Origin: Okamejei kenojei
Taxonomy: Eukaryota
Assembly: GCA_035221665.1 (NCBI GenBank)
Contig: CM069140.1
Coordinates: forward strand, 74,090,001-74,154,000
DNA: 64,000 bases
Direction of reading: 5' to 3'
Below, piece by piece: positions 63,293 to 64,000 of the stretch. The notes beneath the pieces are model-generated. The model was not told the DNA's origin. It ran no database searches and saw only the letters and a list, made by a program, of their open reading frames with translations. The position numbers and the translations under genes are program-made. The first letter of the stretch is position 1, and every line of letters begins with the position of its first letter.

Positions 63293-64000
63293 CTAAAAAA
63301 AGGCCCGAAAGGAAATGTCAACACCTTTCTTTTAACTTAAGTGACCTCAGAAGCCAGGAACTGCAGATGCAGGTTTACATAAAAACGACACAAAGCGCTG
63401 GAGTAACCCAGGTCAGGCAGCATCTCTGGAGGACATAGTTTTGTGTCAGAAGCCTTATTCAGGCATCAGAGATTTTGGCGGGTGGGTGAATTGGGCCGAG
63501 AGGTATTTTAATAATAATCAAATCCAAGAGAAGAAAGGAGGATAGGGAAATGCAGGATACTACCTTCAATACGTGAAACAGCCTTGCATTTACGTTTGCA
63601 GTCAGCCAGCAATTAGAAAACTTTGTAATCTGCTCATGAACGATTTTGAAGGAGCCTCCCCTAAACAATCAATGCCAACACTCGAAAATACTTACTGAAA
63701 GATCCTACAGAGGCACAGGCCGACTGCCAAGGAAATCAAAGAGCTACACAACAGGGTTATCCGGGATAGACTGCATAGTTTATCCTCTCCCACCCTCTAA
63801 TGAGGCCCCAAGTTTGCTGCCTGAGTTTAGGCGATTAGAAGCGAGAGGCTTGAAAGATTCTTTCATTAACACCGTAGTTAGTGCAACAAGAAAAACTGTG
63901 TTTTAAAATTGGAATCGGATTCCCATATCACTCTAAAGTGACAGAAATAATGTAAAGATAAATACTGGAAAGTTTCTGGACTTCCTCGCTGTGTGACTGT

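Noticed and set aside
45200-64000. Exons of USP33, the upstream neighbour of ZZZ3 in human
   Set aside because: No translated segment resembling a USP/DUSP domain was seen.

Overview
This is vertebrate genomic DNA, most likely a batoid elasmobranch (skate/ray). I infer this from the dense HE1/V-SINE-type tRNA SINEs with CR1-like tails. The only host protein-coding sequence I can support is the large first coding exon of ZZZ3 (minus strand, ATG at 25080, splice donor at 23602). There are also one or two putative upstream 5'UTR exons. No downstream ZZZ3 exon was found, so the following intron is longer than 23.6 kb. Most of the remaining window is nested transposon debris: CR1, L1/Tx1, Rex-Babar, RTE and Penelope retroelement fragments, SINEs, about eight PIF/Harbinger MITEs, Tc1/pogo and hAT MITEs, a decayed CGGBP1-like hAT transposase, a complete non-autonomous Helitron and two Crypton-like hairpin elements. 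The most notable signals are: (1) many Penelope-tail repeats carrying a minimal hammerhead-ribozyme core, often arranged as fold-back palindromes; (2) a relay of AUGA-overlapping uORFs in the predicted ZZZ3 leader; (3) a 177-bp near-identical local sequence copied in inverted orientation into a palindromic element; (4) a MITE closely resembling mammalian Tigger5/MER47. Repeat boundaries were read by eye and are approximate unless TIR/TSD positions are given. No database searches were run.
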